DNA of 64,000 nucleotides, from the NCBI RefSeq assembly GCF_009914755.1, contig NC_060932.1. One strand, written 5' to 3'. A program made the translations under genes and the position numbers. Position 1 is the first letter of the stretch. Each line of letters opens with the position of its first letter. This document shows, piece by piece, positions 53,320 to 64,000 of the stretch. The stretch is from the human T2T-CHM13v2.0 reference genome, Homo sapiens. The notes below the pieces were generated by a model that was given only the letters and a program-made list of their open reading frames with translations, made no database searches and was not told where the DNA came from.

Positions 53320-53660
53320 CAACTTAGGGTCTTTGGTTGCAAGCAATAGAAACTGACTTTGACTAACATAAGCAAGTTTACATTTTTTGACTCATAGTAG
53401 AGAAAGGCTGAAGAACCAGAAATGGAAATGGGTAGGAACAAAGGTGGCTCAGAGGCATGAAATGGGAATAGAATCAAATCAGGAAAGGCTGCTTAGGATG
53501 TTAGTATTTGGAGAGGATAGAACTCTATTTTCAGTATTCTTTTCTTTCTGTTAAAATTTCATATTTTCGAAAGAAAGAATCCTCTTAGTCTAGCTCTTGG
53601 CAGATATCGCTTCCATGACCAAGAAACACCAAAAAACTTAACAACATTAAAACCCCCATG
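53320..53660 (-). mobile_element. Old MLT1 (J/K/L-like) LTR fragment
   Basis: ttagggtctttggttgcaagcaatagaaactgactttgactaacataagcaa is an antisense old-MLT1 terminus. Confidence 0.6.
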
Positions 53661-54081
53661 AGCATGAACTCACTAGGAGAACCTCATGGTAATGTACCTA
53701 TCAGGGAAAAAATAATTTTAATAAAGGAAATCAAAATTCTGGTGAAATGGAAAAACAGATGCTAAGCAGCCAAGGAAAACGACAAGAAGGATGAGGTCCA
53801 GGCCAAAGGCATTTCATCATCAAAAGTATCTTTCCAATAGCCATAGTTCTTGGCTTATATTGAATCCCAAAACACAAATCAAAGACTATGGTGCTATGGA
53901 GAAAGAATGGCCCTCTCACATTTGCTAGACATCTTTGGTTTGCTCTTCAAGGCCTCCTTTACCTTTCTCCAACCCTGATCTCACTAAAATAATAATTCTG
54001 CATATTAGAAAGCAAAAAGTTAAAGGAAAATTATTAAGGATAATACATTATGACTGAACTTCATTGACACTAAAGATACAA

Positions 54082-54374
54082 GGTCAGGCACAGTGGCTCA
54101 TGCCTGTAATCCCAGCACTTTGGGAGGCCGAGAAAGGAGGGTCACGAGGTCAGGAGTTCGAGGCCAGCCTGACCCACATGGTGAAACCCTGTCTCTACTA
54201 AAAATACAATTAGCCAGGCATGATGGCATGCACCTGTAATCCCAGCTACTCAGAAGGCTGAGGCAGGAGAATCCCTTGAACCCAGGAAGTGGAAGTTACA
54301 GTGAGCCAAGATCGTGCCACTGCACTCCAGCCTGGGCAACAGAGTGAGACTCCATCTCAAAAAAACAAAAGAAA
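54082..54374 (+). mobile_element. AluSg-like element
   Basis: Full dimer; perfect TSD aaagatacaa (54072-54081 / 54375-54384). Confidence 0.97.
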
Positions 54375-54967
54375 AAAGATACAAATAGAAGTCAAATTTT
54401 AACATGCTGAAGTTTGCTCTCTCCCTAATTAAATGGATTTTAATGCGGTGGGCAGGAGGGGAAGAAATGAAGAAGGACCTGGGCACATTATCTTGGAAGA
54501 ATGCCTACTAAAGGGGCACTAGGCCAATAAAATGAGAGGTAGAGAGGCTCAGACAAACTTCAGAGAACTTGAGAGTCCATTTTTCTGTACTAGATGGAAA
54601 TAACTAAAACAATGAACAGAAATATGCCACAATGTCCTACTGTTCTATTAATACATAGCTCAATCTCAGATAATCAATGAGATTTGGAGGGAGATTCATT
54701 TTTGTTTTCTTTTTTTTTTTAAGACAGTCGAATTCACTATGAGGAAATTTTATGTTGGTAAGATTTCTTATAGGAAGTCTCATTATAGGCAATTTCATGT
54801 GATTTTTAAAACTATTTTTAATTCAAATTTCAGTAAAGGTCCTAAACACTGTTGACTAGATAAACCAATTCTGCTAATCTCTCAAATGACAGTGGCTAGA
54901 CAAGGCAAGACAAGGAGGGAGGTTAAGCCAAGAGCTTTCAATGACAGGAGCAGTGGAGGGAGCAGGT

Positions 54968-55645
<678 letters not shown>

Positions 55646-55932
55646 CAGGTCCACCCCTAAGCTTTGTAAGGAGACCCACATGCCTTATGCCTCATTATTT
55701 AAAGTTACAAATCAAGCTAACAAGCTGATAAATTGAATATGTTTATCTGTATGAACTTCTTACCAACTCACAGAATTGATTCAAACTTAGAATGATTGGA
55801 TTCCTTGGAGTTCCATATCAAAACATGAAAGTGCTGGTGGATACAATTCCTACTCTATTCCTCTGCTTTGTCCCTTCTCTTTATCACCCCGACACCATCC
55901 CGAATGGTAAAGGGCTTCATGTACATCTATGT

Positions 55933-56318
55933 TGTCATGGAGTGAATATTTCTGCCCCCCCACCCCAAATTTATATGTTGAAGCTTTATCATCCCACAAG
56001 GTTGTATCTGGAGTAAGGAAGTAATCAATGTCAAATGAGGTCATGAGGGTGTGACCCTGATCCAGTAGGATTAGTGTCCTTATAATAAGAGACACCAGGG
56101 TGTGCACTCTCTGTCTCTGAGCAAGCACCAAGGAAAGGCCGTGTAAGGATGTAGTGAGACAGCAGCTATCTGCATGCTAGAAATAGAGGTCTTACCAGAA
56201 ATCCAGTTGGCTAGATCTTGATCTTGGACTTCCAGCCTCCAGAACTATGAGGAAATAAATTTCTGTTTTTCAAGCCACCCAGTCTATTTTCTTACATCAG
56301 CACAAGTAGGCTAACACA
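55933..56318 (+). mobile_element. MLT1A-family MaLR solo LTR
   Basis: tgtcatggagtgaat...gatcttggacttccagcctccagaactatgaggaaataaatttctg...ctaacaca; perfect TSD tatgt (55928-55932 / 56319-56323). Confidence 0.9.
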
Positions 56319-56559
56319 TATGTGGACACCCCACACTGCACATCCAAGCTCTGTCCACACTTTCTGCTAACAGCCACCCTTTGGTTACCCCTTGCACACA
56401 GAAGTGTGCATAGTGGAGACACGGAATGCCATCAAGAAGATAACCTAGGCAGAGAACCATGCAGCCCTTAGTACTCAAATATGGGCTGGAAGAGTAGGCA
56501 TAGGTTTAGGGTAGGCATGTACCCTTGACTCCAGAGAATTCTTGCCCTACAGAGGAAAG

Positions 56560-56712
56560 TATTAAGGGACATCTCAAAAATGTGGGGCTAATTCTTAGGC
56601 CTTATACCCAGAGACTCAAATTTGATAGATCTGTGATACCTCAGGGAACTGGATGTTTTCTATTCAGAATTTCTGGTGATTCAGATGAGAATCCCCCATT
56701 GGAAAACACCAT
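56560..56712. mobile_element. MER5-like fragment
   Basis: attcttaggccttatacccagagactc...ggtgattcagatgag...ttggaaaacacc. Confidence 0.5.
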
Positions 56713-56717
56713 TCTAA

Positions 56718-56985
56718 AGAGGAAATATTGTGTAGTGGTTAAATGCATGGCTAAATGTGGTTAATTATATTCTGATCTAAAATACCTGTCTTTGAATTCT
56801 GCCTCTCTTGGGCAGTAACCATAGAGCTCTATACAAATTACTTAACTAATTTATGCCTAATTTCTTCACTATAAAATGGGATAAATATAAGTATTTCATT
56901 CTTATGGTTGTTTGAAGATGAAATAAGTGAGTATATATTAAACATTTATAAATGTGTCAGATAGAGAGTACAAAAATTTCTAAAA
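56718..56985 (+). mobile_element. MIR, near full length
   Basis: gtgtagtggttaaatgcatggct...tttgaattctgcctct...tttcttcactataaaatgggataa...ggttgtttgaagatgaaataag. Confidence 0.8.
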
Positions 56986-58719
56986 ATTAGTTGACATTTA
57001 CTCATATTTAAAATAATTGTAGAATGAGTGTGAAAGGCAAAAAACATATTTATCAAATCAATTAATATATTTTGCCAACACTGGATGGTAAAGATATTTA
57101 AACTACTGCCTGATGTAAAGTTTTCGACACATGTGAAATTTAAAATCTTCAATATCTTCTTCCTATATTCATTATCTTTCTCCTCCATTAACTCTCATAA
57201 TTGAAACTTGGTTTTGAATATGCAATGAAATTGGTCTGCCAAAGGGATAAAGTTGTTTTCTCTACATAGTGTGAAAGTCATTCCATCTCTGCTATGTAAA
57301 CTCCTATTAGTAAAAGTGCAAAGTCCATGTACACCTTGAAAGATTTCCCACTTGTAGGATTATCAAAATGTCCTGTGAAAGCAGACCTCACTGCGTATTT
57401 CCAGCATACTAAATTCCTAATGATTTTTCCCCCATGGAAAAGACATGCTTATTCTTATAGACTAGGAATATGCTTATTCAGGAACAGAACTAAGAAAGTA
57501 TGCAGGCTAATGAAATAATATTTCAGATCTCACATTTCCATGTGGCAGAACAGGAATAGAAAGAAATCCTACTAAATCTGGTACTGACATTCCCAGATGT
57601 GCAGCCATTAACACATGCTAAAACAGGCTTTTAAAAGAGTCTAGGCATTTTTCTCCAAAGAAATATAAAATACCATTCTCTAAAACAGTCCCATAATCCT
57701 CTGTCCTCCTTAACTTAGGAGTTATCAAAGCAGCAAGCAATTTTCTGGAACATTGCCACTGACATGAATGTCATAAGTGGAAAAGAAGGAAGACAATGTA
57801 AATCAGCATGGTATTTTTATTTCTGTTTTATTTTTTTTTTTGAGTCCTTACAGAACCATGCAATATTGATTTAAGGTAGGATTAGCCCACAGCAGTCCAT
57901 GCATCAGTGAAGGGTTTAGTTGAACGCCTGTTTATTCATTATTGTTTACTGCCACCCAACATATCTTTTGGGGATGAGGATAGGACTCTGCCAAAAAGCT
58001 AGGTGAGAGCAAGCTGTATAAATCCACTCTCCAGCAGTACTGGTAAATTAAATGCATCCCCTGCCTGGCCCAGGGGCACATGCTGGGCTGGAAATGGCTC
58101 TTTTGGGAGGTATTGAAGAATGTGATGTCATGAAACTTCTCAAAATGTACTAAAATGAAGTCCAGACATTATCATAATAATTTACATTACCTAGAGTCAG
58201 AAGCTATTGATTATTCACAGGAGAATGAAGCCACAAGAACTGTCCCATAAAGGCTTAGGACTCTGCCATACTTATTCATAAATGTTGAATGTAAGATAAG
58301 TTTTTATTCCAATTGTGATCAACAATAATTGAAAATACAAAACCATGTTTTCTTAAGAGCTTCTTTGACAAGGTTTCTGAGCTCATCATTCACTCTTCCA
58401 GACTACATTGGGTACATAAATAATTATGTGTAAATGTGAAAATGGAAATTTTCCAACATGTTTACATTAGGCATAAAAAATATGTCTTATTCATCATCAT
58501 ATCCCAACTCCTTAGCACATTAGCTGGTCCATAATAGGCTTTTAATTAAACGTTGAACTGAAATAGAATAAACTTCCACTCATTTGTCAAAAACACCATA
58601 CATTTTTGGGGAAAACACTAGCTCTTGCCTCTATTCTAATTTTCATCAAACCAGTTTTACCATAGGACAGTGTCAATAAATTCCTCAAATGGAAAGTTAC
58701 AAGAAGGAGTGAGGTCGAC

Positions 58720-58905
58720 TGATTTTATTAATGTCTCCCCTCCAATTGCCTCTTTCTGTGTGTTTGTCTTTTTCATGTAAAATAGTAATCTCCCCAGTTC
58801 TGACTCAGAGCCTGGTCATGTGACTTGCTTTTGATAAATAAATATTTATTGTTGACTGCCACCAATTATGTGTGACTGTTTGTTATGCAGCATTATCTAA
58901 CTCAC
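58720..58905 (+). mobile_element. MLT1 (H/I-like) LTR fragments
   Basis: gcctggtcatgtgacttgcttttg and tgtttgttatgcagcatta are MLT1 motifs; the middle is missing. Confidence 0.5.
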
Positions 58906-59207
58906 GGAGGAAGCTAGTTTAGTCTTTTTACATTTTGTCTGTGCACTAAGTCTTCTAGAAGGTAGAATTGATCTTTTTGCTCTAAATCAGGAAAAGAAGG
59001 AATTTGGCATCTACTCTACAGAAATTATTCTTGGCTTCCATCTTTTTTGGTAAAGCTCTACCTAATATGTATTATACTCTACATTTCCCTCTTTAGTATT
59101 CAGTGCCACACCATCTTTTTTTTTACTCTCAAGATGCCCATGATACTGCTAATAAAAACCACACACACACACGCATCCTACAAGACCATGAACATGAAGT
59201 AGGACAT

Positions 59208-59502
59208 TGGTATGATCTGAACGTGTCCACCAAGATCCGTGCATTGGAAAATTAATTCCCAATGCAATAGTGTTGGAAGATGAGGTCTACCGGGAGTTGT
59301 TTAGGTTACAAGCACTCTGCCTTCATGAATGAATTCATGCTTCTATGAAAAGGGCCTGCTGCAGAAGGTTTGCTCTCCTCTGCTCTTCTGCCATGTAAGA
59401 ACACAGCACTCATCCCCTTTTGGCCCTTCCATCTTCCACCATGTGAGGATGCAGCAAGAAGGCACTCACCAGATGCTGGCTCCTTGATCTTGGATTCCCA
59501 GC
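59208..59502 (+). mobile_element. MSTC/MSTD-like MaLR LTR, 3'-truncated
   Basis: tggtatgatctgaacgtgtccaccaa...ccatgtgaggatgcagcaagaaggcactcaccagatgctggctccttgatcttggattcccagc, then an abrupt end. Confidence 0.85.
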
Positions 59503-59522
59503 TGACAACCCCTACCACTATA

Positions 59523-60650
59523 TCATTCATTTATCTCTTTATTCATCCAAAATATAGCGGCCTATGATATACAAGACACTGTTATGGATACAGGAGATAC
59601 ATCAATAAGCTAGAAGATATAATCTCTGCCCTCATGCTTCTTATACTTTAATTAAAGAAACAGAAATTAAACCAATAATGCCACAAAATAATAGAATTAA
59701 TTCATGATTTAATAGAATGGGTAAAAATTTTAAATTATAGGAAAATGGCAGGAATAACTTTTTGAAAAAGTTAAATATAAGATGAGACTTAAGGGATGAA
59801 AAGTTGTTAGGCAGAGGTGCCGGACTGTACTCTGTCAACTTGGTTAAGATGGGAAATCTGTTTTCCAAATCCCTTTTTTCTGCATAGTACTGGATTAGAA
59901 TTGTGGCCTGAGATTTGGAAGGCTGAAGTGAAGCAGCAGTCATATTTTTTGAAGATGGTTATGGGCAAATGCTTTGGTAGACAGATGTTTGTGTGTCTGG
60001 CATGTTCTACAATCTCTAGCTCCATCAGTCTACATCTAGCTCTTTTAGTTAGCTAGCTCATTGATCATAGCTACAGACACACCATCATGTGTTTAGCTGT
60101 GGACCCAGCCAGATAATAGCTACACAAAGCAAACAGCTTCACGTAACTCCCTCTACAAGCTCCCTCTTAATGGTCCTAAGCTGCTGGATGTGCTTGGCTT
60201 CTCAAATTGATCATGACTCCTCTCTGGCCTCCAATTTCTCCTTTTAGACTTTCACTGCCCCATTTCCTCCCACAATTAAGTCATAATTCCTATAATAAAT
60301 TCATTATGCCATAATATTCATAGACACTCTGCTCCTCTGGTTGAACCCTGATTGGCATGCCAGGAATGGCATGAGCGGGCAAATAAGGATTCTAGGCAGA
60401 AGGAACAAGAGTCACAAAACCTCATGGTGGAAAAGAGCTTGATGTGCTTGAGGAACTTAAACAAACCCGTGTTATTGCACTGTCATGTATGAGGAGTGAG
60501 AGGTATGAGTCTGGCCTAACAAGGTAAGCAATAGATAGAGCTTTTGGGTTCTCAAAAGCCATAATGAAGATTCTGTATTATATTATAAAGGCAGTAAGAA
60601 GATCCTGAATATTTGAAGTAGAAGACTGATATATGATATTCTTGTTTTTT
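59523..60650 (-). mobile_element. L2 fragments flanking an LTR
   Basis: tcattcatttatctctttattcatccaaaatat...acactgttatggatacaggagatac...ctctgccctcatg; resumes as attctaggcagaaggaacaag...tgatatatgatatt. Confidence 0.65.
59815..60360 (+). mobile_element. ERVL solo LTR (LTR52-like)
   Basis: tactctgtcaacttggttaagatgggaa...gagatttggaaggctgaagtgaagcagcagtcat...cctataataaat...ggttgaaccctgattggca. Confidence 0.55.
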
Positions 60651-60690
60651 TCTTAAGAAGCATTTGCATTGATTTCAAAAGCTAATAATC

Positions 60691-61460
60691 ATTTTTCTTT
60701 TTTATTTCAACTTTTATTTTAGATACAGGGGCTACATATGCAGATCTGGTACATGAGAATATTGTGTGATGGTAAGGTTTGGAGTGCAGGCCTTATCACC
60801 CATGTAGTAAGCATAGTACCCAATACATAGTTTTTAAACCTCCCCTCCTCCACCCTATGCTGGTCCACAATGTCTATTGTTCTTATATTTCTGTCCATGT
60901 GTGCTCAATGTTTAGCTCCCACTTACAGGTGAGAACATGTGGTATTTGGTTTGCTGTTTCTGCATTAGTTTTCTTAGGCTTATGGCCTCCAACTCCATCT
61001 ATGTTGCTGCAAATAACATGATTTCATTCTTTTTTATGACTGTGTAGTATTTTGTAGTACATTTGTACTACATTTTTGTATCCAATCTTCCATTGATGGA
61101 CACCTGCATTGATTCCGTCTTTGCTACTGTGAGTAATGCAGCAATGAACCTATGAGTGCATGTGTCTTTCTGGTAGAATAATTTATTTTCTCTTGGGTAT
61201 ATACCAGTAATTCTGTGAATAACGACATTGGTCATTTGATAGGAATAGCATTGAATCTGTAAATTGCTTTGCATGCTACAGCCTTTTTTACTTTATTAAT
61301 TCTTGCAATCCATGAACATGGAGTGTTTTTCCATTTATTTATGTCATTTCTGATTTCTTTGAACAGTGTTTTGTAGTTCTCCTTATAGATGTATTTAACC
61401 TTCTTAGTTAGCTGTATTCCTAAGTACTTCATTTTTTTGTGGCTATTGTAAGTGATATTC
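60691..61460 (-). mobile_element. L1PA15/16-like 3' fragment with internal deletion
   Basis: Antisense 3'UTR ttttatttcaacttttattttagatacaggggctacatatgcag; ORF2 peptides [12 protein letters not shown]...[13 protein letters not shown]...YRFNAIPIK and GIYPRENKLFYQKDTCT in the ORF track. Confidence 0.9.
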
Positions 61461-61837
61461 CTTAAGTTTAAAAAATATTTCTCTAGATGCTGAGTGGGGA
61501 AAGGACTAGAAAGAAGGAAGAAAGAAAGCAGGTATCTATATGAGATGTATTTGCTTGAGCTACAGAGGTAGGGGGGGTGGAGAAAAGTCATATCAAGAGT
61601 TACACTAGCCAAATTTGATCATTTAATATTTGCAGTGAAATACTGATTTATTGATTATAAATTTTATGGAGCTCAAGCATAATCTCACTAAAATTATAAC
61701 CTGGACATTTCTAAAAGAGGAAAATACTTGTGACTACTGATTTTGCATGCCTCTCAATAATACATATAGTACAAAAAATACAAAAAGTTGTATTTAGTCA
61801 CCACAGGTAATGATAATAAAATAGTAACATTGATTAT

Positions 61838-61920
61838 ATAGTTGGACCTCCATATCTGTGGGTTCTGCATCTGTGGACTAAACCAACTGTGGATTGAAAA
61901 TATTTGGAAAAAAATGGCTG
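61838..61920 (+). mobile_element. MER2 5' fragment, truncated
   Basis: tagttggacctccatatctgtgggttctgcatctgtggactaaaccaactgtggattgaaaatatttggaaaaaaatgg; similar to the copy at 47584. Confidence 0.85.
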
Positions 61921-62587
61921 CCCCAAGAAACCACTTTTTCCTCCTTGGCCTCCTGGCTTGTAATGGGAGGGGCTGCCATGAAGGTCTCTGACATTGCCTG
62001 GAGACATTTTCCCCCATGGTCTTCAGGATTAACATTAGACACCTTGCTATTTATGTAAATTTCTGCATTCCACTTGAATTTCTTCCCAGAAGATGGGTTT
62101 TTCTTTCTTTCACATAGTCAGGCTGGAAATTTCCAAATTTTTATGCTCTGCTTCCCTTGTAAAACTGAATGCCTTTAATGGTACCCAGGTCACCTCTTGA
62201 ATGCTTTCCTGCTTAGAAATTTCTTCTGGCAGATACCCTAAATCATTTTTCTCAAGTTCAAAGTTCCACAAATCTCTGGGGTGGGGGCAAAATGTTGCCA
62301 GTCTCTTTGCTAAAAATTAACAAGAGTCACCATTACTCCAGTTCCCAACAAGTTCCTCATCTCCATGTGAGACCACCTCAGCCTGGACCTTATTGTCCAT
62401 ATCACTACCAGCATTTGGGGCAAAGCCATTCAATAACTCTCTAGGAAGTTCCAAACTTTCCCACTTTTTCCTGTCTTCTTCTGAGCCCTCCAAACTGTTC
62501 CAACCTCTGCCTGTTACCCAGTTCCAAAGTCACTTCCATATTTTCAAGTATCTTTCCATCAACACCCCACTCCTGGTACCAATTTGC
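61921..62587 (-). mobile_element. THE1-int (MaLR internal sequence), 5' ~670 bp only
   Basis: gggaggggctgccatgaaggtctctgaca...cctctgcctgttacccagttccaaagtcacttcca...ccccactcctggtaccaattt abutting the LTR. Confidence 0.92.
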
Positions 62588-62926
62588 TGTATTAGTCCGT
62601 TTTCATGCTGCTTATAAAGAGATACCCAAGACTGAGAAGAAAAAGAGATTAAATTGGATTTACAGTTTCGCATGGCTGGGAAGGCCTCAGTATCATGGCA
62701 GGAGGCAAAAGGCACTTTTTACATGGTTGCAGCAAGAGAAAATGAGGATGAAGCAGAAGCAGAAAACCCTGAAAAACCCATCAGATTTCATGAGACTTAT
62801 TGACTACCATGAGAATAGCATGGGAAAACTGGCCCCCATGATTCAATTACCTCCCCCTGGGTCCCTCAATTCTGGGAGATACAATTCAAGTTGAGATTCG
62901 GGTGGTTACACAGCCAAACCATATCA
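62588..62926 (-). mobile_element. THE1A-like 5' LTR
   Basis: tgtattagtccgttttcatgctgc...aattctgggagatacaattcaagttgagatt...cacagccaaaccatatca. Confidence 0.92.
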
Positions 62927-63437
62927 GATGGCCTTCATCAGTACCTTCCTATTCTATATTAACTTACTACTCCTCAAATCAAGAGGTGACTATTTTTTCA
63001 CCTCCCCCTAAATTTAAGTTGGTCTAGTTACTTGCTTTGGTTTATAGAATACGACAGAAGTGAAGCTATGTCAGTCTAGGCCTAGCCTTGGGTGGCAGCT
63101 TTCCCCTCTTAAAAACCAGATGCCAGGTAGGAAGTCCAACTACCATGAGACCACTATGCTGTAAGAAAGCACAAGCTAGCTATGTGAAGAAGCCACATAG
63201 AGAGAGAAAGAGAGACAGGCACACACATAGAGAGAGGCTCAGCTCAGCCAGCCCCTAGCAATCCTTGCTGAGACTCCAGACATGTGAGTGGCAAAGCCAT
63301 CTTGGATATTCCAGCCATAGCAGAAGAACTGCCTAGCTGAACCCAACTCAAACACAGGATTGTAAGAAATAATAAACTACTGTTGTTTTAAGACACTAAA
63401 TTTGGTGGTGGCTCTTTATTGAGAAGAGAAAACTGAG
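62927..63437 (+). mobile_element. MLT1G/H-like MaLR LTR lacking its 5' end
   Basis: tcaagaggtg...ttacttgctttgg...ccagacatgtgagtg...gccatcttggatattccagcc...aataaactactgttgttttaagacactaaatttgg. Confidence 0.8.
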
Positions 63438-63449
63438 AAAATTTGTATT

Positions 63450-63678
63450 TATGTAATTTAATTCACACAACACCACCATGAACAGTTACTATAATTATTC
63501 ATAGTGCACAGATAAGAAAACTGAGGCACTAAAAATTTAAGTTAGCAAATGGCGACAGAGCAAGACTCCGTCTCAAAAAAAAAGAATTTAATCAAGAATT
63601 TTAATCAAAAAAAAAATCAAGAATTTTAATCAAATCAAGTCTGGCTCCGGAGTCCTTCCCCTTAACTGCCAGATGCAA
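63450..63678 (-). mobile_element. MIR, interrupted by an Alu-tail insertion
   Basis: acagataagaaaactgaggcac...gttagcaaatggc [insert] aagtctggctccggagtccttccccttaactgc. Confidence 0.7.
63550..63583 (+). mobile_element. Extremely 5'-truncated Alu (last ~25 nt plus A9)
   Basis: tggcgacagagcaagactccgtctcaaaaaaaaa matches the Alu 3' terminus. Confidence 0.85.
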
Positions 63679-64000
63679 TTGATATCAATAATGCATTCAT
63701 GTGACCTGGACAAAGCATTTACAGAGATTATAATGCTATTTTCCAGGGTGTGCCACTCACTTTATTCTTTGTGAATGGTTTCCCTGGATTTGTGCAACTT
63801 TCTGCTCTACATGTGCTCAACACAAAAACATTTCTAAGGTTTTTAGCTATGAGACCCATTGAAAATATACAAATAATAATAAAATTTAAAGGTACACTTT
63901 GCTCTAAAATCATCTGGGATTGGCCTTTTGGCTGTGTCAATAAGAATTCATCAGAGTGCAAAAAGTGCAGGAAGCAGTGATTTTTTTCTGACCAATGCAA

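Noticed and set aside
55655-55930. Possible old hAT-Tip100-type element around the MLT1A insertion
   Set aside because: Looks repeat-derived, but I cannot assign family or boundaries reliably.

Overview
AT-rich, CpG-poor primate (human-like) genomic DNA, typical of a gene desert or very large intron. I found no protein-coding gene, RNA gene, CpG island or CRISPR array that the sequence supports. The listed ORFs are chance frames or translations of Alu, L1, MaLR or microsatellite sequence. The window is mostly layered transposable-element relics: Alu (AluS, AluY, FLAM, FRAM), L1 (including a near-full-length ~8.4 kb old L1MB-type copy carrying five nested insertions), L2, MIR, MaLR/ERV LTRs (THE1, MST, MLT1, MLT2A, MER21, MER34, MER39, LTR33-like) and DNA transposons (Tigger1, MER2, MER5, MER81, MER113). 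Many copies retain readable target-site duplications (TSDs). Family names come from my recall of consensus sequences, not a search, so subfamily labels and old-element boundaries are approximate. I see no convincing new biological system. The best leads are a TSD-less 34-bp Alu-tail insertion with templated duplications (63.55 kb), a dense GATA-motif cluster in unique DNA (49.35 kb), two splice-bounded open candidate exons (16.05 and 37.76 kb), a closely spaced inverted Alu pair (6.6-7.35 kb), DUX4-type motifs in MaLR LTRs, and a recurring 20-22 bp repeat / 5-8 bp spacer / repeat pattern.
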